From NCBI GenBank assembly GCA_951406725.2, contig OX597833.1, positions 28,830,001 to 28,894,000 on the forward strand: DNA of 64,000 nt, given 5' to 3'. Below the pieces are notes generated by a model. That model saw only the letters and a list, made by a program, of their open reading frames with translations, ran no database searches and was not told the origin of the DNA. Numbering within the stretch: position 1 is the stretch's first letter; every line of letters begins with the position of its first letter. Below, piece by piece: positions 35,980-50,342 of this stretch. The position numbers and the translations under genes are program-made. Source of the DNA: Octopus vulgaris (lineage: Eukaryota).

Positions 35980-37620
35980 AAGGAAGCAACAACAACAACA
36001 ACTCTCCAACTGCAGGTGCAAGCGACGATCCAGTTATTGATCGTTGTAACGTATTTTCACGTGGTGGTGTTGGATGATGGTGCTGGTGGCGTATATTATG
36101 ATGTTGAATGTAATGCCACGTTGTTTCATCTTCTGTGTATTGCTTCCGGGATTTAGGATCAGTGTTGGTGATCTTCATCGTCTGTTTCAGTTGGTGTTTG
36201 TAGCATTTCATGGGTCAGCTGTGTGATCTCTTACCAGAGCTGTTTCGCTATAAAGGATTTGACGAGACATTTTGGCGTTACTCTTGTGGTGGACATGACC
36301 TGCCCATTTGAGGCGATGTTTGATGATGTTTGATGCTGTTGGCTTTGGCCAGTTCAAGGAGTGCAAGATTATTGACATAGTCTTCCCATTTGCTGTACAT
36401 AACTGATCGCAGATTTTGTCAATTAAATTGATCCAGCTTTCGAATGTCTCGGCAGTACAAAGTCTAGAATAAGATAGAAACCAAACACGGATCGATACAC
36501 CACGAGCTTGATCTGTGGTTTCAAATTCTTGTTTCTGAAGACGTACTAAAAAGACCTTTCAGAACCGATATGAACTGCTCGGATCCTGTTTCGACGTCTT
36601 TCTCAGAGTTAAGTTGTGTGGAGAGGATGTTTCTAAGGCTAGGAAACTGGTTTACTTGTTCCAGTGGAGACGGTGACATTGAAATTTACGACTGAGTCTG
36701 GAGGTTATGCAAATATTTTGGTCTTCTGGACCTTGATTGTCAGCTCGAAGCGATTATATACATCTTTGAAGTTGCTGATCGATTCCTTAATTTCACCTGG
36801 TGAGCTGGTGAGGCATCGTCGTCAGTGTACCGCGGTTTAGCGACACGAGTGTTGTTGGCCAGTGCTTGTGATCAAAATCCGAACAGACTGTAGGATCCAT
36901 CGAAGTGGTACTTGATCCCTACGTTACGATTGTTAGGCAGAATTTCGTATGGCTTAGCCACAAAATACAAGAAAAAAAGATTGGGGTAAGTACACATCCC
37001 TACTTTAAGCCGTTAGTGGTCGAGAAATTTTCTAACATGTTATTCTGATATATCATCCGTCCAGTCATGATATCGTGGAGGACCCGGATGAAGGATACAA
37101 AATTGCTAAGGTAACCGAATCGCTTCAGGACTATCCACATATCTGTACGTAGTACGGCGCTGAAAGCCTTTTCGAGATCATAGAAGGCCAGCAAGAAAAC
37201 TTTCAGTTGTTCTCTGCATTTTTCTAAAGTTCTTTTGCACGGAATACCATGTCAATTGTTCCACTTCAGGCTCAAAATCCACACTAAGATTTCGAGAACA
37301 CTTTTTCCGAGATAACTCGGAGGGGGTTGAACAGTATTCTGGCGAAAATTTTCCCAAGGCTGGAGAAGAAAGGTATGCCACATTAATTCCTATAAATGCT
37401 GCGATCTCCATTCCTAAAGATTGCAACGTTAACGATGAGGGCATTCTTGATTAGCCTTGTTCTTAAAGACTAGTCGCCATTTTGAATAAGTTCAAGAGGG
37501 ATATCGTCTGGGCTTGGTGGCTTCCTTGGTTTCGTATATTTGAAAGCATCTCTGAATTCTTGAAAAGCTGGAGGATCCATGGTTGAGGAGGATGTTAAGG
37601 CACTGTGTTAAGAATATATT
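35980..37620 (-). mobile_element. Degraded RTE-clade LINE (RT and 3' part)
   Basis: LAFYDLEKAFSAVLRTDMWIVLKRFG; YTDDD near 36820; KPPSPDDIP near 37510. Confidence 0.75.
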
Positions 37621-37639
37621 CCGTTGCAATAGAGCTCCT

Positions 37640-39600
37640 ATTTAGAAAAATACTGAAGTATTCCTTCACTGTGGAAAATCCTCATTCAACTTTTAAATCG
37701 CTATCTGAAGCCGGATAAGATACTCTCGCCAGGGAAGGTGTTGAATACAATCTTACTTCATAAGGAGAATGATAAAGATTTTAGAAACTATCGCCCCTTA
37801 AGTCTCTTGTCTCACCTCAATAAGCGATTTACAAAGTTCATAGGCAACAGACTATCGAACTATTTCGATGACCAGCAGCCGAGGGAGCAAGTTTTCATAA
37901 TAACTACAGTAAGATGGACCATATATTCATTCTAGCACAACTTGTAGAACGAACGAAAGAATAAAAGATGTCGCTGGTTCAACGCTTTCGTTGACTATGA
38001 TGAAAAAAGTCATTAATAACGTCAGTGTTGAAATCTCTGGAAATGCAAGGTATCGAGAAGCAACACATAAAACTACTCAAGAATACGAACTCCGGATGTA
38101 CAACCGATATTTTGGTTTGTCAGATAAATTAGTTCGTTTCCTTCTGATGTTATTTGAATTAGTATGAAATATATTTTTATAGAATTTTTTTTTAGAGGGA
38201 AGTAGCTCTATTCTTCCTCTACAACTTTTATTTATCGTTTTTGAAATTTCAATAAATTTTACTCTTTTCTGACTTATGATAATCGGGTGCCCAAGTAGAA
38301 AAACGAACATTTTCGACACCTACTTTTCGCTTCTAATCAAGGTTCCGAAGCTGGAGACGTTTGTAACGTGTTAAATGAAAGCGCTATTATTAAATGAACT
38401 GCGCAGAAATTGTTTTAACCCTTCAAAGAGAGGAAATTCAACTCAAATACTCTCCGCGTCCAATTCGACCTGTTCAATTCAATGAGGATCGATTGAAAGA
38501 GCTCATCCCTGAGTATCCACGCCAATCCACTTGGAAATTAGCCCACGCTCTCATGATATCGTCGCTCGACACCTTCACTCGATGGGTAAGAGCCAAAAAT
38601 TCGGTGCATAGATATCACATGGTCTGAACGAAAGAGACAAACTCCAACGCTCCTTTATCGCTACCAGTTTGTTCACTCGACATCGAGTTACTCGTAGACA
38701 CATTTAGAGATTTCTTACCGCATCATCCCCGGTCATGTAAAATGGTGTCTTTATGTCAATATGAAGCAGAGGAAAGAATGGCTGAGTCCTTATAAGCATG
38801 CAGCATCTCGAACCAAGCAAGAGCTGCATCCACGCAGAACAATAATTTGCGTTGTTGGGATTGGGAATGGCTAATCCACTACGAAATGATCGCAAATGCC
38901 ACCGAGTCAGCGAGGTCAACCAGCTGAAACAACCCGGCGATACGGTGTGCTTCTTCAAAAGGACAACACTCGCCCCTAAGTTGCTATTTTAACACAGAAT
39001 GCTATTCGAGAGCTCGGTTGGGACGTTATACCTCACCCACTGTATTCTCCTGGTATACTCTTGATATAGCGTCTTCAGATTATCACAGTTTTAGATCGCT
39101 CTGCAACTATTAGCAAAGCTTGTCGCTTAACAACGTTGTGGAGCTGGGAATGCGAGGAAGTAATTAACAAGCTAGTGGAACGTTGGCAAGAAGTCGCGAA
39201 CAATGAAAGAGAATATATACTACTGACTGAATAATAAAAATCATTGATAAGGGTTAAAATAAATGATAAAAAAACGAACGAATTTATCTAACAACACAAT
39301 AACTCTGTTATCGCTACCCGGAAAAATTTTTTTAAAGTTCCAATTGAGAAGGGTATCAAACAAGGAGATGCAATCTACCCAAAGCTCTTCACCAAATGTC
39401 TGGAAATATTCATTAGACATTGATTGGATTGCGTGAACATCAGCGGCATTCTATCAAGACATCTCCGATTCGCAGATGACATCGTAATCATCGCCGAAAC
39501 CACAGATCAACTTCAGATTATGCTTATACAGCTGGACACCCAGGTCAGCAGTTGGCCTTAAAATGATCCACATGAAAACAAAATACATGCAGTTCGAAGA
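37640..39600 (+). mobile_element. Degraded RTE-like LINE RT fragment, split by the mariner at 38108-39301
   Basis: ILLHKENDKDFRNYRPLSLLSHL...QPREQ, resuming after 39300 with KGIKQGDAIYPKLF and HLRFADDIV. Confidence 0.8.
38108..39301 (+). mobile_element. Old mariner transposon related to the 49-50 kb element
   Basis: Degenerate TIRs (ttgtcagataaattagttcgttt / aaacgaacgaatttatctaacaa); remnants RPVQFNEDRL, KQRKEWLS and HPLYSP. Confidence 0.75.
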
Positions 39601-39603
39601 CGC

Positions 39604-39641
<38 letters not shown>

Positions 39642-39649
39642 CACACACA

Positions 39650-39746
<97 letters not shown>

Positions 39747-39749
39747 ACT

Positions 39750-39781
<32 letters not shown>

Positions 39782-42024
39782 ATCATAAAACAGGTTCGGA
39801 ATCAAATTTTAACTTTAAATTTCTTGATTCTGCTTAGATTTTAGAATAAAATTCTTACCGGACGATCAGTGCTCAAAAGTAGTGCAAGGATCATAGCATA
39901 AACTTCGATAATGCTACTCGTGATTTAAAAGCCCTTCAAATTTATTTTGTAATCAGTTTCTAATCATTGATTAACGATCACTTGAAGTTGGGCTGAAATT
40001 ACATGGTGAATAAGACATCCAAGTTATAAATACTCATATATAACAATTAGCAATCGTGATACATGTCGACTATGCGGAACATAAGTTGGAAAAATTGACG
40101 TTCACTGGTTATTCAGTATCAGATGAAGCAGAGTTCCATACACAAGTACAATTTGGTAGACAGGTGTCTTTAAAAAATAAAACAAACTATGGCACTAAAA
40201 TATTCCTGAAACCATTTGTAAAGTAAGATAAGTTCATATCTTGAGAAGAAAGGTTGAGTTTCGGACTGCATCCTTTTTATCAACGTCATTATAAGTCTCT
40301 TCAGAATTTGGTTGTTGTTGTTGTTGGTGGTGGTGGTGGTGGTGGTGTTGTTGTTGTTGTTGCTGTTGTTGATGATGATGTTGATGATGTTGATGATGAT
40401 GATGTTCAGCCCTAAATCAGCTTTCATTGAGCAGACAATGGATGGAAACCTTTCCTACCGTTACCATCCCATCTTATTTTCTGCCGACTTGCATTATCTA
40501 AAGTAGTCGTGGTTAACATGCGGCTTGTCGGACTTTCTGTATGGCATGCCTAACAATAGGTTGCCTTCAATTTTTTTTAGTAGTACGGCCCACCTGATGA
40601 CGATGCATGTCTCATGCAGCTTGCTTCTCGAAAAAAGTTTCCATCCTTAATCTAAAGTGGCCTTTATTCAAGGCAGGAGAAAGTGATTTGTGGGATAGTT
40701 GGCTGTTCTTTCTAGCAGGTCAAATGAGCATTTAGAGGCATCCACGTTAGCAGGCAGACTGTAACAGTTTAGACCTGATCAAACAAAATTATGATGAAAG
40801 GCATTCAAACCATAGCCATCCCATCTTTTCTCCCAAACATTGTGTTTATCTAGGAGTATAGTATTCAGTGTCATCTTCCCCTTTTAAGATTTTGGAAATA
40901 TATTGAACTAGGAGTGACTGCTACTTTTAACAGGTTGAGTGACCACGTAGAGGCTCCATTACTGGGCTTTGTATAGCAACAGAGATATTGGTCAATTGAC
41001 TGGGTAACTCTATTCATGAAAGGCCTGAGAAAGGAATCACGTACTATTATTAATTAATATTTCAAGGCATGAAGCCAGGTACATATCTATTATAGAAACA
41101 GAAAGAAAAACATTTCGAAATATAAGTATTTATAGATAGATGTAGCAAAAACGTGAGCTCTGAATAAACAATGATAACCATTGAGATAAAAAAAAGGTTA
41201 TGAGAGAAATAAAAGGAAATAAATGAACTACAAATTGAGTACTTAACAATGGCACACTTTAATACAACAACTGTAGTAAAATAGGTCCTCCGGTGATCAC
41301 CTACATCATAGCTTTTCCACACGTCTTCTAGCAATCAGCAAAAGATGAATTTAACTACCTACAGAATGGACAAGAGAACTAAAATTGATTTGAGTACAAT
41401 GACTCAAAGAAGTTGTATCTTACATTGTAACGATGAAAATAAAGAGCCGTTTCAATTAATAATAATTTTCTTCCTCTCAGTTATTGGCTACATATAATCG
41501 TTACAGCGGCACAAACTGTAGCTACACCACTACTCACATCCGAAGGAATCTCCTGTCAACATGAGAACACAATATGTTAACTAAAATGAGCGGGAGGCCT
41601 TTACAAATTAGGATAACAAACCAAAACACAAGACAACAAACAGAATATAGTATATATAATTACATCCTAATGATATCACAATTTACACAATACGTATTCT
41701 ACACAATCTCTTCCCAGTACTGTAACAGAATTAGCACATTATACACTCAACATAACACCTCCTAATACTATAACTATATATTCTACACAAAAAGGGACAG
41801 GCGGCATTTTTCTGCAGGGTGATTCTTTATAAGTGTATTATATATTTTTTCCGTGCATGGGGACAAAGACAAGGACCTCTTTGGGTGTCAACGATCTCCC
41901 AGTATTGTAATAGAACTGATGTATCCTACATAGTATCTCCGATTACAACAACACCGCTAAAACAATACAGATTCTACACACTCACATTTCAGTACTATAA
42001 CGCAACACTGTACACACTCTATAT

Positions 42025-42279
42025 CAGTGATTCTCAAACGGGGTCCATATGGCCCTTAGGGGTTCTTATAAGATTTTTGCTGTTAAAATTTATTTGCAAT
42101 AAATTGGTTAAACTTCTACAATACACAAAATATTTTAATAATTTTTTAATACAATTCCCAATAAAATGAAATTATAAAAATATGATAAAATTTTTTAAAC
42201 ATCGAATGATTAGGATGGTCCATCCGAGTAAAATAGGAATCAAACGGGTCAATAGGCAAAATATGGTTGAAAACCACTG
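42025..42279 (+). mobile_element. hAT (Charlie-like) MITE
   Basis: Termini cagtgattctcaaac / ggttgaaaaccactg; non-coding. Confidence 0.65.
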
Positions 42280-42974
42280 TTCCACACAATCACATCTTGT
42301 TACTATAACACAACACGGCACAGACTCTATACCATTACAACGCTTGCATATTCATACCCATTCTGTAGAGGACTGTTAGACAGCATCAGATTTGGTTAAA
42401 CAATGTTACCAGCGTATTACATCCATCATTGATCACGCAGTTCTGATCTGCCTACTCCCCACCAATCTCTCGTCAAACAAATCTCAATAAACCACAAAGA
42501 GCATAAAACACTTCATTACCATCGCAGACCGCATACATACACAATTACACAGACCCTGGACACTTTACACAATGACCCCCAAAACACAACGAGAACACAC
42601 GAACGCAATTTGTTGTTGCAGCAAACCTCAAACCTGCCCCTGTGACTACATGCACAATTATTCGGAAACACGCACAGACATCTAAAAGATATACAACGGT
42701 ATAGAGTAAACTCTATACCGTTGTTTGACCATGCTAGAAATAGCAATGAAATTCCCTCTTAATTCACACTTAACAGCTCTAGGAAAAATTATGCAAAACA
42801 TAGTCTGGAGAGTTACAACTGGAACATAAGTCTCCCTCGCTCAGGGCATACCTTGGGGTAAATAGCAAAACCCACACCGTCACCCCACCAATAACACTAC
42901 CTCCAGCACCACCAGTACCACAAACATCAACGCAACTACCACAGCCACCACTACCATCGCCGCCGCTCCCACCA

Positions 42975-43120
42975 CCACCACAACCATACCCCCACCACAA
43001 CCATACCCCTACCACAACCATACCCCACCACAACCATACCCCTCACCACAACCATACCACCACCACCACCACCACCACCACCACCACCACCACCACCACC
43101 ACCACCACCACCACCACCGC
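42975..43120. repeat. 16-17-bp minisatellite (cacaaccatacccc...) grading into (CCA)n
   Basis: Directly visible. Confidence 0.85.
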
Positions 43121-43539
43121 TACTGCAACTGACGTCGCTGCCTCTGCTGCCACTACCACTACCACAGTCTTTTACATGGCAGTCAAACATTCTGGGTTAA
43201 TTTACTAGTGTGAAAGTGTTCAAAACGGTAAAACGTAGTCTTGTGTTAAGTGATGCGTGGAGGTTAGTTAAGGTGAAAGGTCACCATTACACTGGGTGCT
43301 TCAACTACATTATTGTGATCGCCAGACGACAATTAGAGCTCGTTCTGCTTCAACAAATTTTACACGAACTTCTTTCCAAACCTGACGTATTCAACCTAAA
43401 TATATTATCAGTTACACACACACACACACACACAAACACATACAGACAACCAGACAGATATAGGTGTATAAACACAAACACAAACATACAAATACATACA
43501 TGCATACAGACACAGGTACACACGCGCATAAACATATAC

Positions 43540-43578
<39 letters not shown>

Positions 43579-43894
43579 TATATATATATATATATATATA
43601 CATGCTTACGAGTGCGCGCGCACACACAATATTAATGTCGGCTGTTTACTTCGAAGTATTCCCGATAGAACTGGATTCGCAAAACAGTTTTGAGAAACCA
43701 TTTCTGAGGACGAAACAGAAATTATTTCAACTTGACTTTGTTTTGTACATGTTTAGTATGTGAATTACATAAACGCGGGAGTGGCTGTGTGGTAAAAAGC
43801 ACCTTGGGCAAATGTCTTCTTTTATATCCTCAGGCCGACCAAAGCCTTGTGAGTGTATTTGGTAGACGGAAACTGAAAGAAGCACGTCACATAT

Positions 43895-44016
<122 letters not shown>

Positions 44017-44245
44017 CGAGCTGGCAGAAACGTTAGCACGTCGGGCGAAATGCGTAGCCGTATTTCGTCTGCCGTTAAGTGTTCTGGGTTCAAATTCCGC
44101 CGAGGTCGACTTTGCCTTTCATCCTTTCGGGGTCGATAAATTAAGTACCAGTTACGCACTGGGGTCGATGTAATCGACTTAATCCCTTTGTCTGTCCTTG
44201 TTTGTCCCCTCTATGTTTAGCCCCTTGTGGGTAGTAAGGAAATAT
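44017..44245 (+). mobile_element. SINE family B, near-complete monomer
   Basis: tRNA-like head gagctggcagaaacgttagc, B-box-like gggttcaaattcc, body gtcgactttgcctttcatcctttcggggtcgataaa. Confidence 0.85.
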
Positions 44246-44667
44246 ATCTATCGATCTATCGATCTGTCTGTCTGTCTATCTATCTATATACGTGCGTGTG
44301 TGTTCCTCCCCAAACACCGCTTGACAACCGGTGTTGGTGTGTTTACGTTCCCGTAACTTAGCGGTTCGATCGACAGAATAAGTACAAGGCTTAATATTTT
44401 TTTTTAATGTACTGGGATCGATTCATTCGTCAAAACTTTTAAAGGTGGTTCCCAAGTACGGCCGCAGTCTAATGACTGAAACAAGTAAAATAATCAAAGA
44501 GTAAAAACCTATTAAACAAACATATATATATAGACATGCGCGCACGCACACACAAACGCGCGCACGTCCACACACGCATACACTCACAGAAACACACACA
44601 AACGCACACAAACACACTAGACAAAATAAAATAAAGAAAATAACTATTAACCTCAGAGAAATAACAG

Positions 44668-44860
44668 TTGTGGTCCAATGCAGTGGTTAGAGTGTTAAAC
44701 TCTGCATTGTGTCCTTGAACAAAACACAGCATTTCACGTTGCTTCAGTCTACTCAGGTGGTAAAAATGAGTAATCTTGCGACGGACCAGCGTCCTGTCCA
44801 GGGAGGAATATATACGCCAAGGAAACCGAGAAACCAGCTCTATGCTCCTTACGGAGTAAT
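44668..44860 (+). mobile_element. Old tRNA-derived SINE of a fourth family
   Basis: cagtggttagagtg head remnant, tgtgtccttgaacaaaacac and cgtcctgtccaggg blocks. Confidence 0.45.
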
Positions 44861-45184
44861 GTGGACTAACCACACTGAGTAGCATCGTCCTTTTTTCTGG
44901 CTAGTTTGTGACATTTGTTATTTGCTTGTGTTGAAAAAATTGTAGAAAATGGTTTGTATATCCTTCAACCTTTGCTTTTGTGACCTAGATTATTTTAAAA
45001 TTTACCAATTTTCTATAGGGAAAACGGGTTAATTTACATACTTTTGCTTGCATTCTATCTTTATACCAGAAGAAAAAAAGCCCAACAACGTATGGATCTA
45101 ATTCAAAGTTATAAAATTTAGGTTATAAAAAAAGTGAACACAAAGTTTAGAAATGAGTAGTTTTTCGGAATATGCTTCACATAT

Positions 45185-45700
45185 CAGCCCCTAAATATAG
45201 TTTGCCTTCATGTTTTCGTCATCCACCTTTTGATAGCAACATTCAAAGTCCAGCATAAATGGAGGCGCTCGCTTTGCTTCTCTGATTACGCTTTCATGTT
45301 CTTGAATTTATCAAAACGAGCCCCGAGGATATGAACTTTCAGCGGTTCACTTTTGCTGTGGTTCTTCGCTAGAATCTCAACCAGCTCTACATAGTTTTCT
45401 GCATTGTGATTGCTCAGAAACCCCTGAATCATTGCAACTAAGTTATCCCAAGCTGCTCTTTCTTTCCAACTGGGAATTTTGAGAAATTCCTTTCACTCCA
45501 GGACCTTCTGTACTGTGATCCGACAAAGACACTTGCTTTGACCTTTGCCTCAGACAGCTAAGGAAATATGTCATGAAGATACTAACAGGCTGAAGACACT
45601 TTATCAAAGGCAGTGAAAATTGTCTCATAAGACTCAATTTTATGTGCAGTAATGAGAACAACACCTTCCAGGTTTCCACCAATAGCTCACACATTACTCA
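45185..45700 (-). pseudogene. DNA transposase fragment, Chapaev3-like
   Basis: LHIKLSLMRQF, GFLSNHNAENYVELVE, LKVHILGARFDKFK and SEKQSERLH resemble the PLHIKLGLMKQF...SEEQGERFHQ family; superfamily name is from recall. Confidence 0.6.
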
Positions 45701-45857
45701 CGTAACCAATTTTGTATCCGATATGTATTACAGTGGAAATTACTAAAAAAATGAATTTTAAAAAATTAGAAAATCTTTACAATATAAAATTCTACTTTCA
45801 AGCAAGCTGAAATTGTACATCTTATCCTATAGAGTTTATTTTTATTTTATCATTATA

Positions 45858-46238
45858 CTAGCAGTATCGCCCGGCGTTGCTCAGGTTTGTAAGGGAAATA
45901 ACTATAAAGCATTTTTAGAGAGTTATAGCCAAAATATAGCAAAAAAATCAAAAAAAATTATGGTAAATTTTTTTTTAGTTAAAAAAGGTGGAGTTGCGTC
46001 CCCTAGACAGTTTGCGGTTTGTGTTTCTGATTCTCGACCCCATGTCGAATTTATCAATTTTTTTCAGAACTGGGGGAACTTTTCAAAATGTTCTCTGCGT
46101 TAGTTTTGAATTATGACATTGGGCTATGTGTGTGTCAAGTTTCATCAGAATCGGTTGAAAGCCGTGGTCAGGGTGAGGGTACAAGCAAACAGACACACAG
46201 AAACACGCACAGACAAACTGCCGTTTATATAGAGAGAT
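45858..46238 (-). mobile_element. Non-autonomous Helitron
   Basis: 3' end shared with 17326 (ctagcagtatcgcccggcgttgctc); 5' end TCTCTCTATATAAACGGCA shared with 8880. Confidence 0.75.
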
Positions 46239-48720
46239 ATATTATTGATTAATTAATTGATTGATTAATTAATTTGTTTTCATTTAGTAATATATTTGTT
46301 TTCTAGTGCTCGCAGGTGAAATGATATACTTAATTTGTCTTGATCTCAGGCTTGCCGAAATGCACCTTGTAGACTTCATGCATCAAGTAAACTTGACACT
46401 GCCGCTCTTCTCTTTGTTACAGATTTAATTAGCTGCAACACAATCTTCGACGGTTTTGTTTTCGATTACATTATCTTCAGTGTTTACATCAGTCTGCAGA
46501 CTTGTTCGTACTCAATTTGTCAATCTCCTAATTTACAGAAGAGAAAAGAACACCACATAAGACCGGTTTTTAGACTAGTGTAGCTATTCTATAGATTTAT
46601 AACTGTTTCAACAACTTGTACGTGACAAATCAAAGATCATATATGCAAACATGGATGAGAGCAATGATATAGTCTTGCCCATTATATAATACATATTACA
46701 TTATAATCTCCAGTCTTTTCATCATAACCGAACAAGTTGTGATGAATGTGAAGATAAATATATAATATACGTTATGTAACAGATATAATTATATCATTCT
46801 CATTTATGCAAACAAGCAGAAAGACCGTCCTCCGGGCGGTTTTCTGCCGGCCACTCGATAATATTTCCACATTTGATTCCCAATTTTAGTAATTTTTATA
46901 AAATTTTACGTCTACTTATTTCTTTGTATAATAGTGCTCACTTGCTTAGTAAATATTACTTTCTCTATTTTATCAGTCATAATCTCTCTTTTTTAAAGAG
47001 TCAATCTGTTATATATATTTATCATTAATAATTGGTTGAACTTACATTAATAATTGGTAGAACTTACATAGGTGTGCATTCCATGGTGAACATTCCAAAG
47101 AAAAATTATTAGGACATCCAGGATAACAATATACGAGCACAAAGGAATTAAAATCAAGTAGAGACTGTAATGTAGTTCAACAAAAAAGGAAGAAGATGAG
47201 TATTGTCTTTCGACAATACGGTCAGAGGAAATGCTTATAGGAGTGAAAAAATAAAGATGTGAAAATATACTGTTTACAATCACTGGCGCATTCAGTAGGA
47301 GTGCAACAGGATTTAACTCTCTCAAACTTAGGCATGCCGAAACTATGCTGATTCTGGAACTATAGCTGATGAGATTATTCTCTGTTTGTTCTTTTCCATT
47401 AATCGTTTTCCTTGTCGTTTGACTTGGATTTTGATTACACGCATTATCTTTTACAAACAACATCTATTTTTGGTCATCTCACTGTGGTCACTGTATCTTT
47501 TCCTCCTAGTTACCTCTTATTTCCTGTAGCCTTACTGTTTTTCTCACTCTGCTTTCACTGCCATTTAACTGTCTTTCTTCTTTCGTTATTTTTCTTTCTG
47601 TCTCTCTCATGTGTTTTCTCATTCATCCAACTTTTACTTTTCGACCCTGCAGCTTCTGCTGCTGGGCTAATCTCATCATGTCTTTTCTCATTTTCCCTTT
47701 CTGACGTTGAACTTCCTCCTTTTCATACATTGTACGTATTCCGATGTATCATACTCTATTTTCTTAATCTTGTTGATTTTCTCGTCCACCCACTATCTCT
47801 TTCTCTCTTACTACTTGCTCTCATTGCTTCTTACTCTTTCTGCTTTCATTTTGTCTCTCATCTAATGTCTATTGTGACGAAATCCATACCTCTTTTTCTT
47901 CATTCGCATTAGTATTTTACCTGGAGAGTTAGGGTGTACTTTTTTTATTTTGCTTTTTGTTGTTGAGTTGTTTTACACGTATTTGCTTGTCCATAATTTT
48001 CCGTTTCACTAGTATATTGTTATTTTCCTTGTTCTAAGATTGCATCATTTACCATTAACTCAGTGATTTTTACAATCCCTAGCACATCTAGAGAAGTAGT
48101 ACCAAAGGATGAAATCTCCAGAGTTAAGCGTCCCGAAACTTCACTAGTTCTGAACCAAATGCCTGACGAAAGACCTTTCATGTGAAACTGTCCTTTTCAG
48201 ATAATGGCTTTAAGTATCATTTGACATTAGTTTTGAGTACAATACATTCTTAGCGCACACAGCCTCTTATGTATGTGTGTGTGTGTGGCTTGTATGTATG
48301 TATGTATGTATGTATGTATGTATGTATGTATGTATGTATGTATGTATGTATGTATGCATGTAAGCCCAGGAAAAAATTCACAAGAAAATGTCAATGACTG
48401 GTTTTAATTCTAAATTTCATTGTTTTGCGAGACTGAATAAAACAGGATTCTTTCACACACAAGTAATGCCTCTATACAAACACTGCCGTCATGGTCTGCA
48501 AGTTATATAGTGTCAGCTATTAATTGACTTACGATATTATTTGTTTAATTACTGTTAACTATTAACTTGCGGTATTTAAATAAAATGTGACATTTGTATG
48601 TGACTTTTGGTCCATTACTTCACACACACACATGCACACAGACATATGTAAAGCATGCGTACATACACAACGCATGCACACGTATATGAATACACAGACA
48701 CAGACACACACATGCATATG

Positions 48721-48757
<37 letters not shown>

Positions 48758-49016
48758 GTTTATGAATGTGCGTTGCAATATCCTTGATGTAAAACTGTGT
48801 GTTGAAACAGATATTGCTGTATTTTGGGCTAGACATTTTCTTTTTTTTTGCCAAATAAACACACGCACTATATATTCGTTCTTCACTCGCTTATTACTGT
48901 TCATATTTTAACTAATATCCATTGTCCGGGAATCTTTTGTCACACATCTGTGACCTCCTCAGTGACACTTTCCATCCCCGTGTGTGCTCCTGTCCCGCTT
49001 TGTCCATTCTGAACAG

Positions 49017-50291
49017 TAATAGGGTTGGCAACTAAGTTCCTACCGTTTTTTTTAAATTTAAATTTTTAAAAAGGTTTAATAAAACAACAACTAATTAATC
49101 AATAATGTATTCACCCTTGTTGTTTACCACTTCTTCCCAACGTTCAGCAAGATGTTCAATACCTCGTTGGTAGAAATCACCCGATTTCGACTCGTAAAAT
49201 TGATCCAACCAAGCTTTCAATTCTGCATCAGTATTGAACGAAACTCCGCGCATAGCATTTGGAAGAGATCGAAAGAGGTGGAAATCCGTTGGTGCCAAAT
49301 CAGAAGAGTACGGTAGGTGTGGCAGCACTTCCCACTCATGCGTCATATTGGCGATATGAGAGCAGGCGTTGTCGTGCAGCAGAACTCCTTGCTGCCGATT
49401 AGGTCTTTTCACTTGAATTTCCATGTTGAGTCGTTCCATCTGTTGAACATAGAGTTCTGCGTTGACCGCTTGGTTCCGTTCAAGCAATTCGTAATGGATA
49501 ATCCCTTTCCAGTCCCACCATACGCACAACATCGTTTTACGCGGATGACGGTCTTGTTCACGCGCGGTGTCGCTTGTTTACCGGAGCTAAGCCATTCCTT
49601 ACGCTGCTTCATATTGATGTACAGGCACCAATTTTTGTCCCCAGTAACGATTCGGTAAAGAAATCGTTGCTTGTGTCCATGAGTTGAGCGGTGACGATCA
49701 AGCAAACCAGCGGAAATTGCGGCTCGATGATTTTTGTTGTTGTCACTTAAAGCATGCGGAACCCATGCTCCATACTTCTGAAACTTTCCCATCGAGTGAA
49801 GATGCTTCTCTATAGCAGTGTAGGAACATTTTATACTATCTCTGCAAGTTCGTTTGTCGTTTGACGAGAGTTTTCGTGCAAAAGTTGGTTTAATCGCTCT
49901 TCATCGAACTCAACTGGACGGCCAGAGCGAGGTGCATCTTTGAGGTCAAAATTTCCATCTTTGAACTTGGCACACCAATCACGAGCGGTTCTTTCAGCTA
50001 TGGCACCCTCTCCATCCATACACAGCACAAATGTCGCGAGCAGCTTTTGCGGCCTTAGAACCTTGATTAAAAGCAAAAAGGAGGTATCGAAAATGCTCGT
50101 TTTTCTTACCTTGGCATTCCATTTTAATGATCTGAAAATAAACAAAAATTAACTAAAATTCACTAGAAAAAATAAAAAAAAGATTCCAATCTGATTAAAA
50201 AATAGAATTCTCGAAAAAAAAATAGATTCCAAAATTTAAAACCGCAATAAATTCCAAAATTTTAAAAAACGGCGGCAACTTAGTTGCCAAC

Positions 50292-50297
<6 letters not shown>
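49017..50297 (-). mobile_element. Mariner transposon, mellifera-subfamily-like, frameshifted transposase (about 49095-50122)
   Basis: TIR core gggttggcaactaagtt; PRSGRPVEFDEE, WVPHAL, VTGDKNW, MLCVWWDWKGIIHYELL, HDNA and YSSDLAPTDFHLF motifs. Confidence 0.95.
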
Positions 50298-50337
<40 letters not shown>

Positions 50338-50342
50338 TAATT

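Noticed and set aside
42779-43190. Gly-rich ORFs (also Pro-rich ORF 62972-63310)
   Set aside because: Products of (CCA)n and minisatellite repeats
48162-48192. ctgacga...gaaactgtc hammerhead-like string
   Set aside because: Stems I and II do not pair convincingly
46480-48250. Possible minus-strand exons (EIDKLSTNKSAD*, ORF 47047-47463, frame near 48020-48160)
   Set aside because: No recognisable protein, and the splice signals do not give a consistent gene model
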